Source of the DNA: Camelus ferus
Lineage: Eukaryota
Length of the DNA stretch: 64,000 nt
Reading direction: 5' to 3'
NCBI RefSeq assembly: GCF_009834535.1
Contig: NC_045698.1
Span: forward strand, 61,442,001 to 61,506,000
Each line of letters begins with the position of its first letter. Positions within the stretch are counted from its first letter, which is position 1. Positions 1 to 12,600 of the stretch are shown here, in pieces. Below the pieces are notes generated by a model that was given only the letters and a program-made list of their open reading frames with translations, did no database searches and was not told where the DNA came from. Both the position numbers and the translations under genes were made by a program.

Positions 1-149
1 TCACACTGGCGTGTAATTAGAAAATTTCATAAAAAGAAGTTTTGGAGAAGAGAAAAGAACTCATTACTACTGAGAGGCTGTGTAGGGCAATGGTGTACAT
101 CAAGATGTGGAGTTCAGACAGTTTTGCATATGTGTATGAGGAAATTGGA

Positions 150-560
150 ACAAGGTTGATGACTGTGTTGTTCATAACGTAAGGATGGAAAAATGTCTAA
201 CTGTCCAACAGTAGAAGAATGAATAAGTAAATAGTATGGGGCAGAAAATCTGAATGACCCGTAGTTATGATGTGTCACTTGTAGTTAAATCACAACATTG
301 TGTTGGATGGAAAAGCAAAATGGGGAAGCATACATACAGTAGAACACTATGTGTCTAAAAATTTAAGGTATGCCAAATATCATACGTTGGTTATAGATGC
401 TTACACGTGTAGTAAGGATATAGCAACATGCTGGATCATAATAATATACATCAAACTGAGGTAGTATTTATCTCTGGGATGGGATTAGGGGGTGTGTGGA
501 GGTGCACTGGAAATTTCATGTCCTGTTTTCTGTTTTAAGCTCAGGATGAGTTTAGCTATT
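150..560 (+). mobile_element. Old L1 (L1MC/L1ME-type) 3' end fragment
   Basis: Degenerate match to old L1 3'UTR (aactgtccaacagtagaagaatgaataagtaaa...tagatgcttacacgtgtagtaagg); boundaries approximate. Confidence 0.6.
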
Positions 561-2356
561 TCTACTGTTACTCAATGTTTTGATAGGCCTAAAATATTTT
601 ACATTTAAAACGATGGAAAAATCCACTATTGTTATTTTTAAAAAGCCTGACAGTAGGCATTTTCCAAAATGATGCATAACATTAGAGTGAACTTGATTGG
701 ATATTGGATTTTTAAATTCATCTTTAAAAAAATTAAAGCATCTATCAGATTTATTTACAGTGGAAAAGAAATCCCGGTATAAAGAAATATGTTTTTAAAA
801 GTTAATGCAAAAAAGCATTTATTATTTTTTTCCAGAAACACTGATTTAGAGTTAGGCTAAAACTAATTGAAAATAAAAAATGTGCTATTGATTTCAGTAA
901 CTTCTGATAAATACTTGTAGTTTAATTTAAGTAATGCTTTCTTTCTCCAGAGTTACACAAGTACAAATAACTAACCATTTAGTGCTTGTTGGTTTTCATG
1001 TACCGGTGTGGTTAAATGGGTCACAATGAAAGTAAAAACACAAGTGAGATTAGCACACATAAACACAATTAGTTTACTGCAGTAGACTGGGGCCAAGTCT
1101 ACTAGATGTTTACATGATAGTCCCACACTAGTGGAGCATGTTGAAATACTTTCTAATTGCTGAGTTATAGCTTTGTTTATATAGCATTTTTTCAAGATTT
1201 GTGGAACATTTTGATGTGTCAGACATTTAAGAACTCTGTTATACAAATCATTAAAAGAAAACCTTCCAGGATTTTAAGGTCTGTTTTTGGTTTCCTTCCA
1301 CCAGGCCTCTCCTTTTCCTCTGTCTGCATCCTAATCTCGGTCCCTCTATCTTTCTGGGTTACTGCAGGTCATTTTGGATGTTCTTTCTCCTAGGCCCTCC
1401 CCCCACCGCACTCCCCAGTTCTACTTGGCCTTCTAGAACTACTCAGAGATGTACAGTAGTTACTGGTTGCCAACCGTAGGAAATCACTCAGCTTTGTTTT
1501 GAAGAGGTGTTAACTTTTTCATTCATTTCAGTTTGCTCTCTCCATTTTCAGGCCAGTTACTCACCAAAGCTTATTTGTGACAATCTTCACTGGCCCATGG
1601 TAAAATGATAAAAATATGGAAAATGTGGTTAGAGTAGTGTAAAACCAAAATTATTCAAGTTAAAATTTTTGAGGTTATTTTTCCTACTTTTTGTGATGAA
1701 ATATTCATTCTTCATAAAATACTGGTGATAGTTGATGGCAGAATTTTAAAAAAGATCTTCCTTGGGAAAAGTGTAAGTTGGCAACTTTGATGGTTGCCTT
1801 CTTCCTACCTCCCTACGCCTCTCACTTCTCCCCACCACAGAAACACAACACAGATGCACACACACTCTCTCTCATACACACAAATACATATATATTCTCT
1901 TAACAATTTTTTTTTTTTTGCAGATCAGGTAAACTTAATGATCTCAGTCGTTTTACATAATTCATTCTCAACAATTATTCCCACTTCTATCTTTTCTCAT
2001 GATCATTCCTGTTGTCTCAAAGTCCTCCTGCTACTTCAGTACAAATTCTACACTTCCTATAATGCTCATATCAAATTTCCTCTCCTTCAGCTAATCTTTA
2101 TTTTTTACTTTGTGATATTTTTATTTTATCACTTATCACTTTATTTATTACCTCTGGCATTGGTTGTCAGAAGAATTTTGTTTTTCAAACATGTCTTATA
2201 GGTTTTAATGCTTGTAATTGCAAGAAAGCACTTTTTGCATTTCTTTAATACTAAGAAGATTTGGTAAGGCCATAAAAATTCATATAAAATGTTTTATATT
2301 ATAGTAGTCCTAAATCTGTTATATATGGTGTAATGGTGTCACAGTTATAAATTACA

Positions 2357-2723
2357 TGTAGTGACTCTTCACCAATATATTTCCACCCTTCTGCTTTCTA
2401 GGTCTCCTGGTATTAGGTGTATCTGGGTGACTGGTTTTGGCTAATAAGATGTGAGTGAAAGTGAATTGTTACTTTCAGATGGAAGCTTTGAGCAACTGTA
2501 GGTTTACTACCTCTCTTTCCCTGTGCCATAGAGAGAAGGAAGATTCCAGTTGATAATTACCCCTAGCTTGGATCCTAGAGCAAATGTGATGTGAAAGAGA
2601 GCCCCAAACAACCTAAAATGGACTTGAAGTATGAGCAAGAAATAAACCTTTGTTTCTTAATCCACTGAGATTTTGAAGGCTGTCGATAATAGCAGCACAG
2701 CTTAATCTATTGATACCAATACA
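2357..2723 (+). mobile_element. MaLR solo LTR (MLT1I/J-like)
   Basis: Starts TGTAG; typical 3' part gagcaagaaataaacctttgtttcttaatccactgagattttg...aataca. Confidence 0.75.
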
Positions 2724-3461
2724 AGCTTCAATTAAAAAAAGATAACATTTCTAATTTTCTTTATTGATAATTTAAATTTAATTTATTTGAAATGTCTAAA
2801 ATACCTGTAATTTCAACATATTCTATTTCTTGTATTTAAAAATAAAGAACAACATTGAAACCTGAATCATTTCAATGAGATCAATACCAAAGTCTCAAAA
2901 TCTCATAGTATCATCTAGAAACAAGTAGAACAGATTTTAAAATATACAGTGAAATACTGAAAGTGGCAAATAGAAAACTAAAATACATATGAAGGTTAAA
3001 CTCCTTTGAAAAGAAGCAGATATGCAATTCTCAAGAATGGAATTTCCATGTCTCCTTAATACATCTAAAATATTTCAACTTCCGACTACAAACCTTAATT
3101 ATCCTGAGAAAGCTGCTTTGAATACTTTTATACCGTGTTATTTTGGATTTAAATATAACTAAAAATTAAGAGCTGGGAGTAATTGCATTTAACATTTTTT
3201 CTTCATTCACTGAGCTTATGTGGTAAAGGTCTGGCAGTGAAAAGTATCTTTTCAACGGGGTAGATTAAAATATGAACAGCAAAGTAAAAATCTGGTAGGA
3301 TCGCATAAAGGAGTTGACCCTTAGGGAATGATTTCCCATGATTCTTCAAGATGGTTTTGTATGTAACCACCAACATCCATAAAGCAATTGATTAACCTTC
3401 TAGCTCTGAATTAACTTTTGAAAGCTGTTCTGTTCTCCAGGCACGAAGATTTTTGGGAGCT

Positions 3462-3477
3462 TGGTGCCATCTGCTGG
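3462..3477 (-). promoter_or_regulatory. CTCF core motif (candidate binding site)
   Basis: Minus strand reads CCAGCAGATGGCACCA, a full match to the CCASYAGRKGGCR core, in non-repeat sequence; motif only. Confidence 0.6.
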
Positions 3478-3919
3478 TTAAATACCAACTTTTTGGATTC
3501 CCTTTTGTGACTTTTTTCAATAACTACTGTGATTATACTTTCTAATAAATACCAGTAAGTAAATAAGTAAAATTATTTCAAATATAAATTTCAAGAACTT
3601 AATGCACATAAAACAAAGACCTATTTCTGTATAATAGAAGCTACTTACATTTACATGACAGGGTTTCAATCTTGAGTGAATCTTTTATGTTTGTACTTAA
3701 TTAATTTTTGAGAACAATGCACAAATAAAACTGCCACTTTTTTCTTAATATAAAGAATATTCTTTTCCAAAAAGAAGTTAGACTTGTCTATGTTCAATGA
3801 GATTTAAATTTATTTTTGCACATTTCTATAAAAGCTTGAGTTACAGGTGTGTGTGTGTCTAATTTCAGAAATTATTTTTAAAATACAAGAAGGAGAAGGT
3901 GAAGGGAGCTGGAAATAAC

Positions 3920-4070
3920 TTTGCTAATTGTCTGCATTGTACTCAGCCTTGTGCTAGATGCTTTCAGGATGTGGTCTCACTTACTCCCCATCGCCACCCT
4001 GCAGATCAAATGGTGTTGCCTTAGTTTTACTGCTCAAGGAAGAAGTCTAAGAGGTTAAGAACATAAATGC
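3920..4070 (-). mobile_element. MIR SINE
   Basis: Reverse MIR core (cttgtgctagatgctttc...gtctaagaggttaag). Confidence 0.6.
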
Positions 4071-4546
4071 TAATGTTTTGGGAGAAAGCCAACTTTAATA
4101 GAATGATTACAATTGCTCATTTGTTAAGCTGTGCCGGAAAAACTGAACTGATCGATTTTTTCACCTTTTTTTCTTTTGTAAGGACTGATTTTTATCATTG
4201 TTAATTAGATTACATGGGTATTTGGTTTGATTCTGTTTTTAGGATAATGAAGGGTAAAGGGTTGTTTGTGTTCTTTCCTACTACACTTTGTTCACTACTG
4301 TCTCTAGTTATCCAAAGGAAGCATTAAGTATAAAGTAAGCATTCAGTGGGTTTGGACAGAAAGAGAAAAAGAGAAGCAAGGATATGTGTGTGTGTATGTG
4401 TGTGTGTATGAAGGGGAGGGGGAGGAGGGGAAGGCAGGAAGGGAGAGGAAATAGTCCTCTATTTGGCACATCAAAAGCTTTGGTAAATGTACAGTAAGAA
4501 GCTTCACCCATGGCATGTAGTGTAGAAGCAGGGTGATGGAAAGTTA

Positions 4547-4752
4547 ACACTTACTGGAATTTGCTATATGCCATGCAGTCTTAAGCTCATTATACCCATA
4601 ATTTCATTAGTCCTAAAACCAACCAAGTGAGCTATTTATTATTGTTTCCACTTTTACAAACGAGAAAATTGTACTGAGCATGGTTAGGTAATTTACCTGA
4701 GGTTACACAGCTCACAAGTGGCACTGTCAAAATTTAAATCTTTATCTGACTT
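4547..4752 (-). mobile_element. MIR SINE
   Basis: ccacttttacaaacgagaaaattg...ttacctgaggttacacagctcacaagtggc matches reverse MIR. Confidence 0.8.
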
Positions 4753-4879
4753 ATAAGACATATTTTTATTGGGCTGTTTACTCATTCATTTAGCAGACAT
4801 TGGCTAAATGGTATATCACCCTTGTCAGATAATTTCATTTCTTCTCATACCTTACAATATCACATATAAGGTAAAAACT

Positions 4880-5640
4880 CCCTAAGTATTTCTTCAGTCG
4901 AAATCTCTCCTCTTAACTATAGACTCATATACCCAAATGCCTTTTTGACATTCCTTACTCGGCCATTCCCATGTACTTTCACCTAATATGTATAAATCAA
5001 AGTATAGATTTTAGCCCCCAGTTTGTTTGTTCCCAGGTCTCCATTTCCTCTGCAAATTATACAACTATCTATAGAGTTACTCAAGTCAGAAAATTGGGAG
5101 TCATCTTCCACTCCTTTCTTTTTTGTTTTCAACTTTCAGATCCTAATCTCATGTTTTACAAGATTTAAAAGATCTGTCCCTTACCTCCGTCTTTACCTTC
5201 ATTTCTGTCTGGCTTCATAACTACTGGTCGTGCAGGCCATTCTGGCAGTTTTGAGAACCGATCAAGCTCTTTCTTACAAAAGCATTTGGTATCATTTTCC
5301 TGAAATGCTTCCTTTATCTTTTCTCTCAGGTCTCAGCTTAAATGAAATCTCCTCAGAGAAATTTGGTCCTGGCAAACCATAATTAAAAACATAGTAATAA
5401 CAAATTTCTAAGTAGATCCCTTGCTATTCAGACCTAGTACTGGCCTCATTTGCTTTGTAGTACTTGGAATAGTCTAGAATTACTTTACTTCTTTGTTAGA
5501 TGGGTCTCCACGACACACTGAAAGTTCTGTGTGTCATTAAATTTGTCTATCTGGTTATTTGCTGCAAACCTATGACCTAGAACTGGGCTTTGTACCTAGA
5601 ACGTATTTGATAAATATTGGCTGAGTCAACAAATAAATAA
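4880..5640 (+). mobile_element. L2 LINE 3' fragment
   Basis: L2-like body ending gtatttgataaatattggctgagtcaacaaataaat. Confidence 0.7.
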
Positions 5641-5899
5641 CTTTTGGTAGAACTTCTTGAATCCTGTCTGTGCATTCAGAATACTTCTCTAAGGCCCATA
5701 ATTATATCATTTTACACACAGGAACACTTTTGTGTCTACCAGAATTTTGTCTTCAGCCTCTTCTGTTTTCTCTCATAGCTCTCCATGGGTTAGAGGTTCC
5801 TAAACCTAACACTTTAGCTCAGACATTTCTTTAATTTTAGGCTGCTATTACTATGAGTATTCTGGTTACAATACAGGTAACTTAAACATCCTTTTTCAA

Positions 5900-6420
5900 A
5901 GCCAAACTTTTATTTTTCTCTCCAAACTTCTTTTCCTCCTGTATCTCAAGATCAATGTCCATACTGTTCACCTGATCCACCAAGATAGCCACGTGAATCC
6001 TCGCTGACGACTGCTCTGTTTCATCCCACATCTAATCAGGGAATTCCAGCCCACTTTAGCTCAGATATGTCTCTCAGTCTGACTGCTTATCTCAGCTCTG
6101 CTGCCTGTGCTCCAGTGTGTGTCACACTCTGTCTCAGATACTTTTCGTCTCTTTACTGTCCGCAGGATAAATTCTAAAGTCCTTCCCACAGTGTGCCATG
6201 CCATGCTTACCCTTTAAGAATTTATCTGTGTGACACTTGTTAGTCACTCTGTCTTCTGAAATTCCATGCCGCATTTATGTACATGTTTAAATCGAGCACT
6301 TACCATGTTGAATTGTTGTGATATGTCCATTGAATTTTGGACTTTTAAAAGACAGGATCTGATCATTTCCAGCATCTAGAAAGTGCTTTTTGCATAGTTA
6401 CAATTGGTGTTTAATGACTA
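5900..6420 (+). mobile_element. L2 LINE 3' fragment
   Basis: ctctccaaacttcttttcctcctgtatc... and L2 tail-like end (cagcatctagaaagtgc). Confidence 0.6.
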
Positions 6421-7305
6421 TTTTTAAAACAAATGATGATCAGAGGGGTCAGATGGATTCCCCAAGGTAATATGCTTCTCTGTGGGAGGTTGAGCTTAGA
6501 TTCTCTGACACTTTTGCCTGCTGTAGTACTGACTTCAAGGGGCACTTTAAGGAAGAGATTACACTTTTCTGTAATGTGCAGCATTTCTTCTCCCACACAA
6601 ATTTACAATCTAAAGAAAAGTAACATTGTTTTGCAAACATCTGCCAAGACTAGCCCCACCTTCCAACCAGTTCACCTAAGTAAGTCCCTTCTATAAAATG
6701 ACATTCTGTTCTTACTTATTTAGATTGCATTATGTAGATGCCACAGTTGATTTAAATATGCAGATTAGCACGTGCACTTAAGACTGATGAAAAACTGTGA
6801 TACAGTAGTTCATGTGTTTTTTTGGGCAGCTATCAGATATAAGGTTACTCTGACAGAAGAGCAGGTTAATTAGGTGAACTCTAACAGCTTTTGAACAAGT
6901 CTGAGATAATTTGTATTAGATTTTCATGTATGTGTTCATTTAATTTAATAACTCATTCGTCACTCCAGCATAGATTAGTAGACTAAAATGGAAATAAACT
7001 ATTTTCAAAACACTAGGGCAGTTTTTATATTAGATTGGTTATTAAATACTGTTGGATGAAATTCCTGCAAATTGAATGTTATCTCCCATGGGATTTTATA
7101 AATGTTTGGTAAATATATTCATAGTCTGAAACAGGGCTTGGCAAACTATAGCTAGTGGGCCAAACATAGCCTACCATCTATTTTTGTATGGCTGCAAAAG
7201 TAATAGTTTTTGCATTTTTAAGTGGTTGAAAAAAATTGAAAAATGAATGACATTTTGTATGTAATGCATGAAAATTACATGAAATTCACAGTTCAGTGTC
7301 CATAA

Positions 7306-8636
7306 TTTTTTTTTAATTGAAGTATAATCAGTTACAATGTGTCAAATTCTGGTATACAGCACAATGTCCCAGTCATGTATAGACATACATATATTCATTT
7401 TCATTATCTTTTTCATTAAAGGTTATTACAAAATATTGAGTGTAGTTCCCTGTGCTATACAGAAAAAACTTATTTTTTTGAATCTATTTTTATATATAGT
7501 GGCTAACATTTGCAAATCTCAAACTCCCCACTTTATCCCTTCCCACCCTCTTTCCCTGGTAACCGTAAGATTGTCTACTATGTCTGTGAGTCTGTTTGTT
7601 TTGTAGATGAGTTCATAGTGTCATTTTTTCCCCTTTTTTTTAGATTCCACATATGAGTGATATCATATGGTATTTTTCTTTCTCTTTCTGGCTTAGTTTN
7701 NNNNNNNNNNNNNNNNNNNNNNNNNNNNNNNNNNNNNNNNNNNNNNNNNNNNNNNNNNNNNNNNNNNNNNNNNNNNNNNNNNNNNNNNNNNNNNNNNNNN
7801 NNNNNNNNNNNNNNNNNNNNNNNNNNNNNNNNNNNNNNNNNNNNNNNNNNNNNNNNNNNNNNNNNNAGTGCTGTTGTGAACACTGGGGTGCATGTATCTT
7901 TTTGAATTAGAGTTCTCTCTGGNNNNNNNNNNNNNNNNNNNNNNNNNNNNNNNNNNNNNNNNNNNNNNNNNNNNNNNNNNNNNNNNNNNNNNNNNNNNNN
8001 NNNNNNNNNNNNNNNNNNNNNNNNNNNNNNNNNNNNNNNNNNNNNNNNNNNNNNNNNNNNNNNNNNNNNNNNNNNNNNNNNNNNNNNNNNNNNNNNNNNN
8101 NNNNNNNNNNNNNNNNNNNNNNNNNNNNNNNNNNNNNNNNNNNNNNNNNNNNNNNNNNNNNNNNNNNNNNNNNNNNNNNNNNNNNNNNNNNNNNNNNNNN
8201 NNNNNNNNNNNNNTTCGTTGGAGAATTGCTTGTTTAGGTCTTCTGCCCATTTTTGGATTGGGCTGTTTGTTTTTTGTTATTACGTTGTATGAGCTGTATA
8301 TATATATATATATATTTGGAAATTAAGCCTTTGTCAGTTGCATCATTTGCCAATATTTTCTCCCATTCTGTAGATGGTCATTTTGTTTTGCTTATGGTTT
8401 CCTTTGCTGTGCAAAAGCTTTTAAGTTTAATTAGGTCCCATCTGTTTATTTTTGCTCATATTCTATTGCCTGGGTAGACTTCTCTAGCAGAACATTGCTA
8501 AGACTTATGTGAGAAAATGTTTTGCCTATGTATATTCTTGCCTCCTTTGTCAGAGATTAATTGACCATAGGTTTGTTGGTTTACTTCTGGGCTCTCTATT
8601 CTGTTCCATTTATACATATGTCTGTTTTTATGCCAA
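7306..8636 (-). mobile_element. Lineage-specific (camelid-type) L1, 5'-truncated, with N gaps and an internal deletion
   Basis: Poly-T then aattgaagtataatcagttacaatgtgtc (L1 3'UTR), followed by antisense ORF2 3' region. Confidence 0.92.
7700..8213. other. Assembly gaps 7700-7866 and 7923-8213, inside L1
   Basis: N runs. Confidence 1.
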
Positions 8637-8829
8637 CATAAAGTTTCATTGAGACACAGCCAGGCTCATTCATCTATGTATCGTATATGGCTGCTTTTGT
8701 GCTACAACTGCACAGTTGAACAGATGTGACTAAGATTGTAATGGGCTGCAAAGCTTAGAATGTTTACTCTTTGGACCTTTACAGAAACCCTTTGCCTACC
8801 CCTGGTCTGAAATACAGCATAGACCATCC

Positions 8830-9219
8830 ATATCCCATCAGGTCCCACTCACCCCTGTAGTGCAAACCCTTTGCCACTGGCTGAGGGCTTTCTCTGGGTC
8901 TGAACCCCCTTGCCTGGGTTCTCAGCAGGTCAGAAGCATCCATGAATCAGCACTTTTGGGGAGTAGCTTTCCATCAATGACTGTTAATGGTTAAATGCCC
9001 AGGCTCCCTTATCCTTATTTTGGGCATGTTTGACATTGACCGTCAGAGTCCTCCTTGAGTCTTAAGTCTGGTTGCCACAGTGCTAACTGCCTTGATAAAA
9101 CCCCCTTCCTGGACTTCCCACTCTACCAAAGTGTTTCCTGAGATCTCCTTCCAAATTGGCTACTTGTACTAGGATCCTTATCGCAGTGTGTGCTTCTAGG
9201 GGAAATCCAAACTAAGATA
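8830..9219 (+). mobile_element. ERVL solo LTR (LTR16-like)
   Basis: Characteristic end tacttgtactaggatccttatcgcagtgtgtgcttctaggggaaatccaaactaagata; start approximate. Confidence 0.7.
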
Positions 9220-10079
9220 AATGTGAATTATTTGTGTATATATATTATTTAGGGTGTCACTTTGATGTATAAGCTACCCAAGTGTGATGAAAAATTTATA
9301 ACCAAACATTTGGGCCATTTTTTTCCTTACTACTAAAGGAAAGACAGGTTTTATTAATTGATAGTTTTATTCTGTCTGACATTTATTGGCCAAATTTATC
9401 CTGAAAGATGCAGTTTGATAATTTTCTCATATTTTTGAACATAAATGTCTGTTCCAGAAGAGTGGTTCTTGGAGTATTGAATTAATCTTTCATATTGCAA
9501 AATCTTCCTTTCATCTTCTGTAAAATTTATATTTTCTCCTTTTATACTAATAAAACTTTTCTGCTTCCTCCTCAGAAAACTTCTGCTCAAATTTTATTTT
9601 GTATCAATAATAGATGGAAGCAAACTCAGTGAAGAGGTAGCCAAGATAACTTTTTTCCATATGATAATTAGATACAGGTTCAGAAGGCTTAAAAGAAATA
9701 TTTCATAACTCTGGGGAAAATGTCCATATTTTTTCTTTGTATACCCCTCATTTTTTCCCTTAGCAGTTAGTTAAAATTAGTTAAATAGTGTCAGACGTAA
9801 TCCTCTGCCATTCACCTTATAAGATTCTTTGGAGTCTATCCCTTGAGTAAAACTTTAATATTACTACTTAAGTTACATTGCTTGTTTTTTTCCTTTGCTT
9901 AATGAACATAATACTAGATGCTCCTAAACTATTATAAGGAATAGAACCCATATTTAAAAGATTTAATTAAAAAAACCCTAAGGAGTAAAATATTTGACTT
10001 GTTTCAGCCACATTAATATTTAATTGTTTAAACAATTATACTGCCTCAAATTACTCTGATACTTCCTAGTTTTTCCCTC

Positions 10080-10081
<2 letters not shown>

Positions 10082-10110
<29 letters not shown>
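10082..10110. repeat. (TG)n microsatellite
   Basis: About 14 uninterrupted TG units. Confidence 0.97.
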
Positions 10111-10115
<5 letters not shown>

Positions 10116-10159
10116 AATGCAGTATAGTGTTTAACAGTTTTGGAGAAATATGGTTACAT

Positions 10160-10400
10160 GAGAAAAAAGTTGAATTACTGCGTTTAAAAGAGTACCATTT
10201 GTGTAAAAAGAGATACTCACGTATATCTGTATATGCCTAAGGTATATTTAGAACAATACATGGGAAACAAGTAGCTATGCTTTTCTTTGAGGACAGGAAC
10301 AGGAGACCAGGATGAGAAGTGAGAGGGAGACATACTTTTCACTGTACACTTTTTACACTATTTGTGTTTTTTTGGGGACTGTTTATATGAATAACTTTAA
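10160..10400 (+). mobile_element. L1ME-type 3' end fragment
   Basis: ccatttgtgtaaaaag...gagagggagacatacttttcactgtacac resembles old L1 3'UTR. Confidence 0.6.
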
Positions 10401-10454
10401 AAAGGAAGTTAGAAAGAAATAAAGTAAGAAGAAAGAAAGCAGGCAAGAAGATTC

Positions 10455-10640
10455 TGGCATTAGAGGGACCCAGATTTGAACACTAGTCAAGCCACTTACT
10501 AACTGTATGATTATAGTCACATCACTTTATCTCTCTGCTCTTATCTATGAAGTACAGATAATACAATTATAATACACATATAAAAGTACTTTGCATGCTG
10601 CCTGGTACATAGTAAGCTTCCAATGAGTGGTTATGTGACC
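10455..10640 (+). mobile_element. MIR SINE
   Basis: cccagatttgaacactagtcaagccacttactaactg...tgcctggtacatagtaagc. Confidence 0.8.
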
Positions 10641-10754
10641 ATATACAATTATGAATATTTAAAGTAATCCTCTGCCCTGACTTCTACAGAGGGTAGGTTT
10701 TTAATTTATCCAGCCGCTTGACACATGTTTTTTGAGCATTCTTTTATTGACAGA

Positions 10755-12440
10755 CACAGTAATCAGTCTGGGAAGTCACACTGCATCATTTCTGCCACAC
10801 TCTGTTGGACAAAGCAGTCACAGGACTCAAGGGGAGGGGATGTAGGCTCCATGTCTCACTGGGAGGACTATGAAGAATTTGCTGTCATCTTCAGTCTACC
10901 ACAGTCTGCTTTCTGGTTGCAGACTATTTATGTTCCTCTCACATGCAAAACATATGTACCCCTTCCAAGCTTTTCGAAAATGTCATTCTACTATAGCCTC
11001 AGCTCAAAATCCAGGAGCTTTTTATCTAAATCAGATCCAGATATGGCTGAGGCCCCTTACCTGTGGTTCCTTGGATACAGTTTCTTGAGTTCAGATCCAG
11101 TTGCTCTGAAGACCTGTGCATCAAAGAGACTGGTTATCTGTTCATCTTCCCTGCTGTTAGCCCTCCCTGCCCCAATGTGTACCTTGGAAAGACAGAGATA
11201 GGTTCACTGCAAAAGACACTCCCATTAAAAAGGAGGAGGACAAAAGGCTTTACCACTTAATGATTATGGTAGGTAGAAAAATGCCCCCGAAGGATATCCA
11301 CATCCTAGTCCCCAGAATCTCTAAATATGTTACTTTACATGGCGAAAAGCGCTTTGTAGATGTGCTTAAGGTTAAGGACTTGAGATGGGAAGATTATTCT
11401 GGATTGTCCAGGTCACCTGAATCACCTGAGTCCTTAAAAGTGGAAGAAGAAGGCAGAAGAGTACATCAGAGAAAGGCTGCTGCTGGAAGTGAAGACAGAA
11501 CAGAGGCCACAAGCCGAGGAATATGATGACCTCCAGAAGCTGGAAATGGCTCTCCACTTATGGCTGGCAAGAAAACTGGAAACTCATTCCTGTGATCTCA
11601 AGGTCCTGAATTTTACCAAAACCAGAATGAACAGGAAACAGATTTTGTCTTAGAGCCTCCAGAAAGCCCTGCCAGCACCTTGGTTTTAGTCTAGTGAAAC
11701 TTGAACCCAATTTCTGATCTAGTGAACTACCAGATCATAAATTTGTGTGGAGTCAATTCACTAAATCTGTGATAATTTGTTATGGTAGAAAACGAGTCCC
11801 CCAGTCAGTTGCAGTTCTGAAACCCAGCTGGACACAGGTTGCCAGTTTGTTGATCAGACCCTGGTTCTGCCCTGGTTATAAGTCTCTGTGCTGTTGGCTA
11901 TACCCTCTAAGATCTTTGGTTCTGTCTGTTATCCTTCCTTTTCCATGGCCCATGTGGTGGTTGGGCAGACTAAACCTGCTTTCACCTCTCCGTAGAATAT
12001 TGGTAACACTATAGCTCTTCTTCCTTGTCCCTTTCAGTCTAAGCTAGGTGCTCCTGTTAGTATAATTTTCTTAGGAGTTTTCTCAGTTTTCAGTGAATCT
12101 TGTTGGGGTTTATGCCATTATATAAAAGTCACACCCACAAGTCTCTTCAAAATGGATCCCTCTCTGGCTTGTGAGACAAAGCCTGTATGTCATAGAAACT
12201 AGTTGGAATAGTAGAGAGGGTCAGTTTTTTTGAAGTCTTAACAGAAAGTCTTGTAGCCACATCCTTAAAATAATCTTTACCCTGAAAATATTTCTTACTT
12301 TTAGGACCTCTTGCCTGGAGAGATTGGGAATGACTTTGGTACTTTCTACAGCTTTTTTCTCTGAATTAAATAACAGCACATATTCTTGTCTGTTCTTGCC
12401 TGCCAGCTCATTACAAATACAGTGCAATGCAATTGTTCTC
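10755..12440 (-). mobile_element. MaLR LTR fragment plus MLT1 internal sequence, interrupted by MLT1D
   Basis: LTR end ctaccaca at 10903, then internal sequence (10904-11260, 11798-12440) similar to 27164-28538 and to the reverse of 52560-53732. Confidence 0.75.
11265..11797 (+). mobile_element. MLT1D-like MaLR solo LTR
   Basis: tatggtaggtagaaaaatgccccc...tgttactttacatggcgaaaag...gataatttgttatgg; near full length. Confidence 0.85.
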
Positions 12441-12444
12441 ACTT

Positions 12445-12600
12445 TTTAACGTACATCACAGTCACTTGGGACCTCTAAAAATACTGATGCCTGGGTCTTA
12501 TATGCAGAAATCCTAATTAATTTGGGGTATGGTCTGGATAGTAGTAGTTTTAAAAGCTCCCCAGTTGATTCTAATGTGCATCCAAAATTGAGAACAGCTG
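12445..12600. mobile_element. MER5A-like hAT-Charlie element
   Basis: aaaaatactgatgcctggg...ttttaaaagctccccagttgattctaatgtgcatccaaaattgagaacagctg. Confidence 0.8.

Larger units (their letters stand above)
7132..8804 (+). mobile_element. MER58B-like hAT-Charlie element, split by an L1 insertion
   Basis: Termini CAGGGCTTGGCAAAC / TTTGCCTACCCCTG; perfect 8-bp TSD GTCTGAAA at 7124-7131 and 8805-8812; halves at 7132-7305 and 8637-8804. Confidence 0.9.

Noticed and set aside
1081-1103. 8-bp hairpin AGTAGACT/AGTCTACT
   Set aside because: Too short for a pre-miRNA and expected by chance
4411-4450. G-rich purine tract (possible G-quadruplex); a similar tract at ~14548-14610
   Set aside because: Low-complexity with irregular loops and no promoter or CpG context
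6433-6508. Box C (ATGATGA) and box D (CTGA) at snoRNA-like spacing
   Set aside because: No terminal stem, poor C'/D' boxes, no evident rRNA guide; similar failures at 9284-9379 and 30739-30901
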